A stretch of 60,045 nucleotides of DNA, filler included, from Basidiobolus ranarum (lineage: Eukaryota), in NCBI GenBank assembly GCA_040143965.1. It is 11 parts of 11 records of this genome, joined end to end, with 100 filler letters (N's around TTAATTAATTAA, not from the genome) between each part and the next. Parts side by side here need not be neighbours in the genome. Positions count along the whole stretch, not along the records: positions 21,921 to 27,294 come from JASJQH010008494.1; positions 27,395 to 32,764 come from JASJQH010008495.1; positions 32,865 to 38,228 come from JASJQH010008496.1; 8 more parts are not named here. One strand, 5' to 3'. Positions 24,031 through 36,114 of this stretch are shown here, one piece after another. Below the pieces are notes generated by a model. The model was given only the letters and a program-made list of their open reading frames with translations, did not search any database and had not been told where the DNA came from. Position 1 is the stretch's first letter. Each line of letters starts with the position of its first letter. A program made the position numbers and the translations under genes.

Positions 24031-26188
24031 GTATAATAGCTTTACATTCTTAGTAGTATTTTACATTACCTGTGGAAGATATACTTAAAGATGGTGGAGA
24101 CAATTTGACTACAGAAGCAACAGTGCATTTGTTAATTTTGCCTATTGTGTGACTGAATGAATGAGCATATTAGTAGAAACTAGTAGTTAAGTGACAGACT
24201 GTATTTTAAAGATACATTTAAGAAGTAAAGGTAATAAACATTTTTCAATCACATGAAATACTTGAATTTACAAAAGTAGCAACACTTTGAGACATTATTG
24301 GTTTATTTATGTTGTGACTATTTTGCAAACCATCTTTTATAATCAAGTTTATGTTTTTTAGCATAGTGCTCCTCTACATGGATTTTCCTCTTCTTGATGG
24401 TTTGATGCTATAAAACAAATCTTTCTTGTCTGCCATTTACAGGAAAGCATTTGAATCAAGAAGTGTTCATTTGCTGCTAGGAATGGGGCAGTTCCAAATC
24501 AATCAACTAAATCAGAGCTAAATTGGCTTGCTGTTCGAGTTCTGGCTTTTTAGGCAAAATAGTGTTTCTGCAACATTTGGTTTAAAGGCCTGGTTTTAGA
24601 GATAAATGAAATTGAATAATTTCATATGAGAAAGCAAGTATTGAGTTCTTGGAAATTTTGCAGTGATAAAGAATGCCTCATGTATAGCATTTTGCAAAGA
24701 GTTACATCTCCTTCATTCTTTGTGCAAAAGCTCATTTTATTGTTCATGTATTTGTTCTTAATAAATGATACATTACAAGTTAATTAATCTTATGTGTCAG
24801 CCTGATGGTAGTGTTGGTTCCAAAACATCCTCACTTAGTGGTACTCTTATGGTTGAAAACCAATCTGCTGTAACTTGGGTATGATTAATGTAACTAGACA
24901 TTGTATCAGCAGAATCACTTTGAATTGAGATCAATATCCATCTAACATATAGTCTGTTAGCTTCAATATTAGTCTGACAAAATCTCTGACTTGTGAAGCA
25001 ATCACTTAAACTTTTTAGCTGAGTGTTTGGGCTCTGCCTGTGAATATATAAAAATGTTGACAAACACTATCTAGTAAAAAATTAGTAAAATTTGATAAAA
25101 GTAATTTGATTAGCATCTGGATAAACTAGGGAAGACCACACAGTTTTCACTGTTGGAATATGAATAGATTGAGGGAAAATAGCAAAAATTATTGTGTCTG
25201 TGATGCTTTTATTGAAGCATACACCTAACCAGGTGATAGTTTCAGATACAACAGCCAAAGCAAGTCAACCTCTGATGATTTGAGTTTGTTCTGTTGACAA
25301 GATCTGTGATCAAATATGGTTTTTTCTCTTGGTCTTAACTCGCAATTAATTTTCAATTTCTACAATAAAAATTCTTTGAGTTGTCTTGCAGCTTATGCAA
25401 CTTTGCCATATGATTGCAGTAACTGGTTTGGTATTATCCAATTCTCAAATATGCATATTCATCCCAATGTGTCTGTTTCCTAAATATTGTTGGGGAATAT
25501 ATGTAAGACATGGAAGTTTTATAATAGTGCATAGATTTACAAACCATTGCATTCTAAATCAAATGCAATTTCATATCTTTTTGATGCTTAGAACATGAAG
25601 TTGGTGGTCTGTCCAAATTCTGCAAACTTTGCACTCAAAGCCAACATTGAAAACAAGGGCTTATTGCTCTAAGTGATAGATATGTCAATTAGAGCACTTT
25701 TACAAGTTGTTGGTATTTCCTCAAAACGTCTACAAATCAACCAATGTTTTCATTCTTACTCCATTGGCATGTCAAGTTGTCTGATTTTATAGGTAACTAT
25801 TAGTAACTCAATTAACAATTGTAAATCTAGCAAAAACACTTCCAAATCCTCTGAATATATTCATCAGGTGATTCATCTGAAGTAAGAAGCCACAGGAATG
25901 TCTACCATTACTATTTTCAGCATCTTGTTACTCACACAGAAGTATAGATGTGCAGATATTCACCTTTAGAAATATAATATGCACTTTGTCTATATATCAA
26001 AGACTCTGCACTAAGGTGCATATTTTCAGCCAAAAACATCCAAAATTGTGGCAACATAGAGCAGTTTAGGTATTGTGCAAGTTAGTCAATACTCAACATT
26101 ACCAGTATATTGGAATTGTTCATACATCAGAATTATCCTGACATCAGATTAATCAGTTACACAAGTTATCAGTTATCTAGATGTCAAT

Positions 26189-26504
26189 TGTTGAAAGTAG
26201 ATTAATAGCATCTTATTATTCAGAAGTTAGCTTATTCATATTCTGATTATTTAGTACTCAAAATTGATAGTAATATCAATTAGATCACTTTTACCAATTT
26301 TCACTATTTTGTCAAATCTCTCCTAATTACCTCTAATTTCACCTATGCTTAACAGGCCTGTTTGTTACAATCTGAGCATCTCCAATGATTGTGTTTCATA
26401 GTAAACTATAAATGGAACATATTCAATTTAATAATACTGTAGTTTCTAAATTACATATCCATATCTTGTCTGCAACAGTTGAAAATCCCCAATACACTTT
26501 ATCA
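26189..26504 (+). repeat. Copia LTR family 2, 5' LTR
   Basis: TGTTGAAA...CACTTTATCA; aligns with 50690-51041 and 53459-53808; followed by a PBS. Confidence 0.85.
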
Positions 26505-26518
26505 AGCTATGAGCCCTG
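26505..26518 (+). promoter_or_regulatory. Primer binding site, half-tRNA-iMet type
   Basis: AGCTATGAGCCCTG versus the GGTTATGAGCCCTG consensus, directly after the LTR. Confidence 0.8.
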
Positions 26519-26535
26519 AGCTAGCTTTCAAAGCA

Positions 26536-27294
26536 ATGTCTACAAGTACTATTACCAGCAGTTTTACATCCACACAGAAGTGTGATGATGAAGACTTTCA
26601 CATTTGGAAGTTCAACATGTAAATGGTGCTTGCATACAAGATTCTTTGGTGATATGTTAATGGAGAAGAGATAGGGCCAAAGGGACCACAAGAAGCAGAG
26701 GAAAGCACTCTCTACACTATGTCTACATCTCAGAGACTCTCAATTGAGACTCATACACTCAGCCCAAGATGTCCAAGCTGCTTTGGAAACACTTGAGGGA
26801 CAATATGAGACTAAAGGTCCGGCTAACAGGCTATATTTTGGGCTAACATAATTTGCCATTCAGATAAATTCTAATAATTCTAGGCTTAGTCATATGTATT
26901 GCATAAAAACTATGGCAGATCAGCTGTCATTCATTGGAGCACCTCTAAGTGAGTATTACTTAGCCATGGCACTACTTGGGAGCCTGCCAGACAAGTTTGG
27001 GAACATCATAATAGCCCTAGAATCAAGATCACAGCCATTGCCAATGGAGTATGTTGGTGCTAGGCTTTTGAATGAGGAATTCAAGCAGATCTAATTCCCA
27101 GCAAAATGAAGTAGATCAGGCATTCTTTGGAGCTGTAAACTGACCAACAGGCTTCTATAATGGTGCCCCTAGAAGGAAATCAGCAAGCAAGAAATCTACA
27201 GATTGCATATGAATATGAAAACTTGGCCAAAACCAATGAAATAAGCTGACAAACATGGCATGAAACATTAAGCCACGCTGGTTAACATAAACAG
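26536..27294 (+). pseudogene. Copia gag remnant
   Basis: EDFHIWKFNM*MVL; LLGSLPDKFGNIIIALESR; ARLLNEE. Confidence 0.85.
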
Positions 27295-27394
27295 NNNNNN
27301 NNNNNNNNNNNNNNNNNNNNNNNNNNNNNNNNNNNNNNTTAATTAATTAANNNNNNNNNNNNNNNNNNNNNNNNNNNNNNNNNNNNNNNNNNNN
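27295..27394. other. Artificial contig spacer
   Basis: 44N-TTAATTAATTAA-44N. Confidence 0.99.
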
Positions 27395-27800
27395 TCCAGA
27401 GTGTATTAACCTTCCAAAAAAGGGCTCTTTTTAATGTGTTCATGGGTTTTTGCATTGTTTGAGCACAATAACAGCAACAAAGCCCCATCCATGGAAACAG
27501 AGTAAGTATTTCTATAATTTTGACTCTTTTGTTTGTGTGATTATCTGACAGTACTTCCAGGAAAGCTGCAACACAGACTTCCTGGTGAGATAGATCAAGA
27601 TATGCAGTATTATTGCTTTAGCTATGCAGTATCTACTCAATCAATCACAAATCTACTTGTGTCAGGATATTTGCCAGCTGCCAATCATGAATATTTTGCT
27701 GATTCTTCATGGAAATTTGCCAAAATCCAAGAGCTTCTTTTCATTGTGCATGGTAACAAGAGTGGGCTATTTGTCAAGTGTCAGTGCTATTGAATGGCTG
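27395..27800 (+). pseudogene. Copy of an unidentified intron-containing repeated gene
   Basis: Aligns with the reverse complement of ~39480-39876; shared 59-nt intron at 27502-27560. Confidence 0.65.
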
Positions 27801-29399
27801 TGAGGACTGTTAAATGGTGGAATCTGTTGTAACATATTGTCTACCTTGAGGTTTGTATTCAACTGTGGTGGCTTCTTCAAGCTCAGTCAAAGCTTCACTA
27901 TCTCTCACAAAGACCTGTTGTGTTGGTCTTGTGAGGGTATGCATTTTTATTGATTGAAGTCTTAGTAGTTTACTTTCAGGTGTCAGATCTTCATCCCACA
28001 AAGTGGAAGGTTCAATATTTCCTGCAGTTAGCCTTTGTTGCTGTCATGCAGTAGTAAGCAATAAACCAGTGTGTCTGTTAGGTGGCATGGTCCTTGGAGC
28101 TTATGGTTCTCCAGCTGTCAAAAGCTCACTGGTTGGTTTGGTTGAATCAGGTATATAATGTGCAATAATGCATAAAAATGCAGGCTATCCTGTTTTGGTA
28201 CTTCATTGATTGCTTTCTCTTCAACAACAATGGGAGTAACATCACTGACTCTTACAAGCTGGCATTGACATTGATGTGTACCACTACTTGATGAAACAAC
28301 TTCTTGGGCTCTTGCGCTTGGTGGAGGTGTTATCTCAATTCTAGTGGTGAGTTGTGTAGATTCATCATGTGAAATTGATACCTTGTCATTAGTCTCATTG
28401 ATTTGAGATGATCTAGACATCTGCGCAACAGTCTGGACTGCTTCAATTTTGCTTCAGCAAAAATCTTGTACTTCACTAATTTCACTTCTTATTTTCTTTA
28501 CACCACTGTTGATAACTCTGCCCATAGTGTCCTGAAATGTTGTTTTGAACTCTGCAACCTCAATCAACAGTTGCAGCAAAGTCTCACTGAGTTATGGTAG
28601 ATAACTGTTCAAAACATCTTTTGTCTCTAAAGTTGAGGCTGCAACAGTTGCTTCCAGTATCTGTGAGTAAAAATGCAATCAGAATCATGACTTTGCAGAC
28701 TCAAAATCAAAACTCCTATTTTGCAATTCAGGCTTCCTATCCTTAGGATCTTTAATATATATTCTCTTGCAGACTTCTGAAGGCATGACAATATAGTATT
28801 ATCACCAATGCAGAGTCAAGAGTTACTTCCACTTTTGTCCAAAGCCCTCTTCCCCAGCTCTGGTCAAGTTTATTGGTAATTACCATATATCCAAGCAAGC
28901 ATTCACAGTAGACATCTGGGCATTGGTAAAATCATTAGGCCTGCACTGCTTTGCACCACCTACATCTTCATTGGACTGTGCATGCAAAATTTGGAAGTGG
29001 TGGTCCCTTGTACCAAAGTAGGTGATGAATCATGAAGAATCTGTTTTGACATGTTACACAACTATCACATTTATCTCTTATGGTAGACTTTATTTGTTTC
29101 AATGGCAAATATGGATCTTTTTATATTATTGGCTAAAATGTCAGAGTTAAATTTCTATAGTGTGATCAAGCATAATGCATTCTGCATTGAGCTATTTTGA
29201 TATGTATGCTTAATAAATTGATTCAGGTCAAACTATGATTAACTTTGTTGATGACATTTATCATATAATTTCCATGCCATTGCACATGATTGAAATAATT
29301 AGGATATTAAAAGCAAACAGAAATTGTTTTATACAGAATATAGGGAACTTTACCATGGTGATTGAAATACTTGGATTAATATCTTACCCAAGCTAGATA

Positions 29400-30345
29400 A
29401 ATCATTATCATGCCAGCTCATTACAAGATTAGTATCATGATCTCCATCTACCTAAATTACCATTCCTCATTAATCCAAAAGCAACTACTGGCTTTCCTAT
29501 CATTGCCTTAGAAGCTAGATTTGAGAAATAGTGTGGCTCATACACTACAATACCTACCAGGAAGCAGCTAGTCAATTTGGTTTGTTACTACAAAAATTAC
29601 AGTCCAATGAGATTTTGGTGCACTACTAATGGTAACAAATGTAGGAAAAGTTCCAATACCAGGCTTTGTGTAAGTGAGAATCATCTATCTTTAGTAACTA
29701 ATGATGTTGAAGTTGCTGGGGACAAAAGAATTAGAAACTCTAATTTGTTTCCATTTCTGGAGTATATCCAAATAGAGTCTATATCAGAAGTATCTTGATA
29801 CCTTTCTTGTGAGAATTAACAGGCCCATAAGCAATCAAAAGCTATCCTACTCTTGGAAGTACAAAGCTCATGGTTTAGAGTTCCAGGCTTTAACAGATTT
29901 GGAAGGAAACATCATTTGGTGTAGTAGGCCATATTTAGGAAGACACCACAACAAAAGGCTATGGGTTGGGAGGCGTGCACAATTTGTAAGATATGAGAAG
30001 ACTGTAGATGATTTGGCATAGGTTGGCAAAGAATACAGAAGGCTGGGAAGTGTCACAGCTAACAAGAGGCCCAGAGAAAGGATACTCACAAAGAGGCAAA
30101 ACTGTATAATGATATCTTTCCCTGATCAAAGCAAGAGTGGAGCATAGCTTTGGTTTCCTAAAGAGATAGAGCATTTTAGTAGAAAAGTATACAGGAAAAT
30201 CATTAGATAGGCCTCCATCAAAGTTAGGCAAAGTAGTAAGTATCTTGATTAACTCACCATATATTCATACTCAAAGATATCCATTGAGAGCTCTAGACCA
30301 AAGACACTATGAATCAAGCTTTCATCATCTTTTGAATGTGCAATA
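29400..30345 (+). mobile_element. Decayed DDE_Tnp_4 (PIF/Harbinger-ISL2EU-like) transposase
   Basis: DTFLVRINRP..NQKLSYSWKYKAHGLEFQ..GNII..S...GRHHN, then ARVEHSFGFLKR; 5' limit approximate. Confidence 0.8.
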
Positions 30346-30469
30346 ATGTCTAAAAGTACTTTTCCTAAATATACCACATAAGCAAAATGAACTTTTTCAA
30401 AATGGTAAATAACAACATGCCAGATAGTGTGCAATGGTGCCAACATGCATTGACACACTTTTTAGCTGG

Positions 30470-31056
30470 CCAGATCAGGCTTAATAACATGGAACAAGTC
30501 TATAATTTAAGGTCAAGTTAGCAGTTCTTGATTGTAGAGCCATTAATAGGCTCTGAAACCTGTGTGGCAGGCTATTCAGGACTGTAACTATAATATTGTG
30601 ATCCGTAGTAGGTAATAAACTGCATTTCATTTCATCCTCTAAGATAGCAACTCTTGTAATTAGTGATTTAATGTCCTCAGCTGGCTTCATCTCTAAGTTA
30701 AGGAATAGTATTCTTAGAGACATCTTGTTAGCAGATGAACTTGTTTGGTAGGTGTATTCCAAGGCTTTTCATACCTTTTGGGCAGTTTTAGCTCCTGAAC
30801 ATTAAAAGAGCAATTTGTCTTCAACTTCAAGACAAACTGTGTTCAAGGCACTTAGCTCTTTATTTGCATAGACTAAATCTTTGGCTTTAGAGAACTTTGC
30901 ATTCTTTTCTTCTCCTAAAATACTGTTCCAATTTTTTTCTTTTGCAGCAGCATCTTCATTTTAATTTTAGAAATTTGATACTTAGTTCCATCTAAATTTT
31001 CAGAAATGGAAGAGTTCCATAGATTTGAGATGTAAACATTACAGAGAGGGCATACT
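30470..31056 (-). pseudogene. Copia gag remnant of LTR family 1
   Basis: ENLDGTKYQISKIKMKMLL; VLNSLPHRFQSLLMAL. Confidence 0.8.
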
Positions 31057-31070
31057 TGGGGCTCATGACC
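31057..31070 (-). promoter_or_regulatory. Primer binding site, half-tRNA-iMet type
   Basis: GGTCATGAGCCC immediately after the LTR end TTCAACA. Confidence 0.85.
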
Positions 31071-31414
31071 TGTTGAAGTATTTGGCAGCCTGTTGGAAGT
31101 GGTTTGGAGAATTAGAGAAGTTGGTAGTTCTCACTTGTTGATTTATTGAGTAGAAAATTATCATCTATAGTTTTGTGCATATGTAAACTAACTATCATGT
31201 AGAATGTATCAAGGAAGGTCACAGGAACATGCATGCAAAGTTTGGGGCTTCTAGCATCAGTTGAAAAAATTTATATATCTGAGAACATCTAAGTTAGTAT
31301 ATATTCTAACTAATTCTGATCAAGAAAATAGATAATATCTTAGTGAATTATAAGATAACTAAGTACCAAGCAATTCATGACAATATAGGTGCTTAGACAA
31401 TGTTAATTGCAGAA
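31071..31414 (-). repeat. Copia LTR family 1, 5' LTR
   Basis: Aligns with 54698-55040; abuts the PBS and gag. Confidence 0.88.
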
Positions 31415-31624
31415 CCTGATAAGTATTGGCAAAATTGGGAGTTTGTGTAGACATTGTTAATATATTCATACTGCATGAACTCACATTGACAGATATACAA
31501 CAGATACAGCAACTATGCAAAGACTTTATAATTGGTAATGAAAAACTTTATTACAGATTTACAGAGATAGACTGAATCTATGCAGATATTCAATACATTC
31601 CCTGCTGCATCTTTCACCAAGCTT

Positions 31625-32328
31625 ACCCTGATAGAAATTTGAGGATTGTGCTTGTAGGAAAACTGTCACAATTTTGATCCATTTTGGATTGACCATTTAC
31701 TTACCATCATACAATTGTCAAGTTAGACTATATTTAATCAATTCTTTCAGTTTCAAGAGTGAAACTTAAAGATCTCACAAAATAGTTGCTCATGTTTGGC
31801 TGCAACCTCATAGGACTATATATCAAATCCGGGGCAAGAAATGTGACTCAGATTTTAAACTTTTACATTTTGAATGCTAATTTGCCACCCTAAAAGTCTC
31901 TAGTTTCTTTAATACATACTTCTGAATATTTTTATAGTGTGCTTCATACCCAAGATGTAGCTCATATACAACATAAACTTGTATTAATATCTCCATCAAA
32001 GCCCACCTTTGTATTAACATTGCTGAATCAACATTCTTCCAGCAATCAGGCAGAGACCCTGCAATGCTGTGTTACTCTACATTAAGTTCTTCCCTGACAT
32101 CTGAATGATCAACACCAGATTGAATGTGAAGCTGAATACTCTTTTCTGTAGCCACTTTCTATATACTTGCACTGTGTTTTTCCCTTTATACTTTTGAAAT
32201 ACTCTTCAATTCCTTTTCCTATTGTTATATGTCCTGGAAGTGTGACACTACTCAGGGTGCTTTGCAGTGTTTGTGTGGCTTGTTGCTTGCCTTTAACTTT
32301 GGGCTAATATCAACACTTTGAAAAGTAT
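31625..32328 (-). mobile_element. DDE_Tnp_4 transposon end plus second coding region fragment
   Basis: Aligns with 42088-42790; interrupted at 32329 by LTR-like family 3. Confidence 0.8.
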
Positions 32329-32764
32329 TGTCATGATTCTGATCTTGGCATACTGATCCACTACAAATTGAACTCCTCAATTGTTAGTTTATGAATTCAT
32401 TTCTGCTATGCTATCTCTTCTCAGCAATCTTGTGTTAGTTTGTCCAGATTACCTTATATGGAAGTCATGTTCTTTGGAACATTCCATGAAACCTAATCAA
32501 TCATGTCATCCCACACATAGTGTATCTCTCCCAAAACCTTCCATGGAAGGTCACCTGATCATCCTTACATCATCCCTCTTTGTATTGGTCCTTGTAGTCC
32601 TCAACACCTTGACTCTTGAACTTGCCACAGTATATTCCAAATTAAGTATATTATGTTTCACCTTGCAATATCTATATAAGCGCCATGTATTCCTTGATCA
32701 GACCTCAGTCTGATCAATGCCAGTTATCAATAAAGATTCTTGCCAAAGTATCTTCCTTGTCCAG
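32329..32764 (+). repeat. LTR-like repeat family 3 with TG terminus
   Basis: Starts TGTCATGATTCTGATC; reverse complement of 99-298 and 5665-5920. Confidence 0.75.
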
Positions 32765-32864
32765 NNNNNNNNNNNNNNNNNNNNNNNNNNNNNNNNNNNN
32801 NNNNNNNNTTAATTAATTAANNNNNNNNNNNNNNNNNNNNNNNNNNNNNNNNNNNNNNNNNNNN
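32765..32864. other. Artificial contig spacer
   Basis: 44N-TTAATTAATTAA-44N. Confidence 0.99.
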
Positions 32865-33682
32865 CTCCTTCGCAAAGGAGGCTAATTAATAGGCTTGGCT
32901 ATACTAGTGAAAACGGTTAAGAACTCCCAATTCAAGACCGTCGGCTATCTAAGTGGTCGCTACATCACCTTCAACATGTAAGATTTCCGTTATGGCATAC
33001 CACTAAAAGGGGTGATTTTGAGACTTGATGCAAAGTAACAGTGCTGCTAGCATATTGAGTGTGCTCATGTCTCGCCCATTTTTGGAAGTGCATTGAGGCA
33101 CTTTATTTTTATGTATGTCATCATGACAATATCTAGTGTTCATCAAACCTTATGATTAACTGTGTTTAACTCTTCAGCAATAGTCCCAATATCTATGAAT
33201 TCTATCTGCTCCGCTGGCATTTCCTAATGGTAGCTTGTGATGTTGCACCCTAGTACGTGATATCAATCAATAGAGGACTAAGCCACAAGGATGCTAAAAG
33301 AGTCAACTTTAGTCATGCTTAATGTGTAATGAGGAATCGAAATCTATTGGGTTGAGGGACTTGAGTCTTGAAAACCCATTTAGATTGTAGTGTATTTTGG
33401 TAAGTCACAAAGCCTGAAATCAATATCAAAACTTTTATTCATAATACGAAACTCCAAGAAACCGCTAAATAAGTATCAATGAATTTCTGGGATAATTGAT
33501 AATCGCCCTTGTAGGTACTTTGTGATTCATCTGTACATATTTTACTAGGATTGAAGGAATGAACACAATCATATGACAAACACGTTATTAATAAACCGGT
33601 TATTCTAGCCAACATTAAAATAGCTGACAATTATCTTGTCTGCACTATTTTACTTGTTCTCAGTTGTAGAGTTTTGACAAAG

Positions 33683-34606
33683 ATGTCTAAAGGGACCACG
33701 CTCATTGGCTTTCAAGGAGCCAGAGGAGCATACGCCGATAATGCTGCACGGCACCTATTTGAAAACCAGCCAAGCTTACGCGGGAACAATTTTGTGACAG
33801 TTCCCTTTGAAACATTGAGTACAATGCTCACTGCTGTTCAAAATGGTGACGTTCATCAGGCTATTCTTCCGGTAGAAAACTCACTTTCTGGCACTATTCA
33901 CGCTAATTTCGATAAGTTACTTCAGCTCAAGCCTCGCCTCCATGTCACTGGTGAGTATGTATTTCACGAACCGTATTGTTTGGTGGCTGTACCAGGTACT
34001 TCCTTAGACGATATAACTGAAGTGATGAGTCACGTACATGTACTGGAGCAGTGTAAAGATTACCTTTATTCTTTACCTAATGGTACTTCCATCGTGTTGG
34101 CGCAAGGCTCAAGTACAGCGTCATGTGCTAGTAAGATATCAGAAAAGGGTGATCGTACAATAGCCGCAATAGCCTCTCAACAAGCAGCTCGCATGTATGA
34201 TTTAGAAGTATTAGCTACTGGTATTGAAGCAAACACAAATACGTTTACTAGATACTTTTTGATTTCGAAAGACCCTATAAAGCCTGAACGCCACATGATG
34301 CCAAAGACCTCATTCGCTGTTATAATGCCAAATAAGCCAGGTGCCTTATTTAAAACTTTAGGTAGCTTTGCGATGAGAGATATCAATGTATTAAAAATCG
34401 AATCTCGGCCTTCCTCCAGAACGATCAGATACTCTGCACCATGGGAATACATCATCTACATTGATATTGACGGGGCGGCTGAGACAGATCCCTTGGTTGA
34501 AAGAGCTGTGGAGAATTTGAGAGAATTCGCAACAGAAGTGATTGTATTAGGCGCCTATCCACGCTACATACAGGATCTCAGAGATACCACCTCTATCTCC
34601 AACTAA
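33683..34606 (+). CDS. PHA2: Prephenate/arogenate dehydratase (PDT + ACT), 307 aa, intronless
   Basis: FQGARGAY, LPVENS, NTFTRY, PGALFK, INVLKIESRP, WEYIIYID, LGAYP; first ATG at 33683. Confidence 0.93.
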   Translation: MSKGTTLIGFQGARGAYADNAARHLFENQPSLRGNNFVTVPFETLSTMLTAVQNGDVHQAILPVENSLSGTIHANFDKLLQLKPRLHVTGEYVFHEPYCLVAVPGTSLDDITEVMSHVHVLEQCKDYLYSLPNGTSIVLAQGSSTASCASKISEKGDRTIAAIASQQAARMYDLEVLATGIEANTNTFTRYFLISKDPIKPERHMMPKTSFAVIMPNKPGALFKTLGSFAMRDINVLKIESRPSSRTIRYSAPWEYIIYIDIDGAAETDPLVERAVENLREFATEVIVLGAYPRYIQDLRDTTSISN

Positions 34607-36114
34607 TTGGTTCATTATCACAGTAACATTGAGAGATACTTTTTGAAACATTGGAATGTTACTTTACCATGACCTTGGCTGATCTTTCTTTTCAAATCAG
34701 TGCATGCATAAAATGATATATAAAATTGTCAAACTGCCTCTTCATGGTAGAGAATTTCAATCATATTCTACTTGAAGCGAATTCCTATACGGAGTAAAGG
34801 GTACACTAATACTCGTGTCCTGTTTCATACGCTTGATAGGATTCAACGTCAACATGGCATCTGATAACTTAAATCATCAGTCTTCTTTCGGTCAGAACCA
34901 TGTAATAATCCACTTTGTTGACCATGTTACAGCTCTAAGCACAATATCGCTAACATTCTCTGAATTTATTACTTATCCTTGGCATGGGTGAGAATTCTAC
35001 ATGCGTCAAAAACATATGCTTGGTACCTTCAGAGGGGCTTCAGCAAAGGTATACTTGAGAAGCCAGTAACATCTGACACTATTTCGAGTGCGATAATCTG
35101 TCAATCAGAATAGATTTCCTCACTATTCTCTTGGCTTGTTTACCTATATTATATCGTACTTTCTGGCCAACCCATCTTGCAAAGTGGACAAGGTATCAAA
35201 ATCATGATAGGATATTTATCCTTGAAACTCTATGACACTCCAACATCTTTCCATCCCCGTGATTGAGATCTTTATTCGGCTCCAACTTAAGGAGAGGTTG
35301 TTCCAAGTCCGAATCCACAAAGTAGGGACAGAAGAGCATCTTGATACCTATGCAGCTACTAAGTCAATTGGCTCACATAGACGATGAGAATAGTCAATGT
35401 TGCTAGCACCATAACTGAGCCTAGCAAGAGAATTGTGGACTCTTTTGTTGATTTATAACTGGTCATGTCCCAAACAGCACTAGGAAATACCGAATCACAA
35501 GTAACCACATTGGAACATCCCTTCATCTGGTGATTTTTCATAACGATTATGATGGTATCGAAGCAACATGCCAGTTTTGGACTTCTCCTCATAGATGCTG
35601 GTTATGTTGCTTGCTGGCGATCTGTTTATGAAGGGGAAATCCACTAAGCAAGATGCACAAATAGGGAGTAGGGGGATGGTCACATGCACCCGATACCCTA
35701 CAATCCCGACCTCCTGACAAGCGACCAATCGATCAAGGGAGAAGAGCATGTATTGAGTAGATGTGGAAAATCCTGGTTTAGGTGGAGATGAATGTAGTGA
35801 GACAAATGGACCACCTGTTCTTCCTGTGTTTATCTTCCTAAACGCTACAGGTTATTCTGACATCGAAATCGCAGCAGCGTCGCCAGAGTTGATGGACGCA
35901 GGGTCGATGCTATTGCATCTCCAATCACGAAGATCAAGAATCAAATCTACTTAGTAAAATGCAATGGGAATCAGGTGGCTAAATTGGGACAAGTCAGGAG
36001 CCATTCTCACCAGATATTGTCGTGTGTCAAACTGAATATAAGCTAGTGAGAGGCGTAGGGCAACCATATCATTCTGAAAATATCTTTCCTCTTGGCTAAA
36101 GAACTTGCTCAGAT

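Noticed and set aside
24300..25700. Possible CACTA-like transposase relic on the minus strand (CPCFQC-like motif)
   Set aside because: Too degraded; no catalytic motifs recoverable by eye.
34850..36004. Possible alkaline-phosphatase-like pseudogene on the minus strand
   Set aside because: Only vague fragments across several frames; needs BLASTX.
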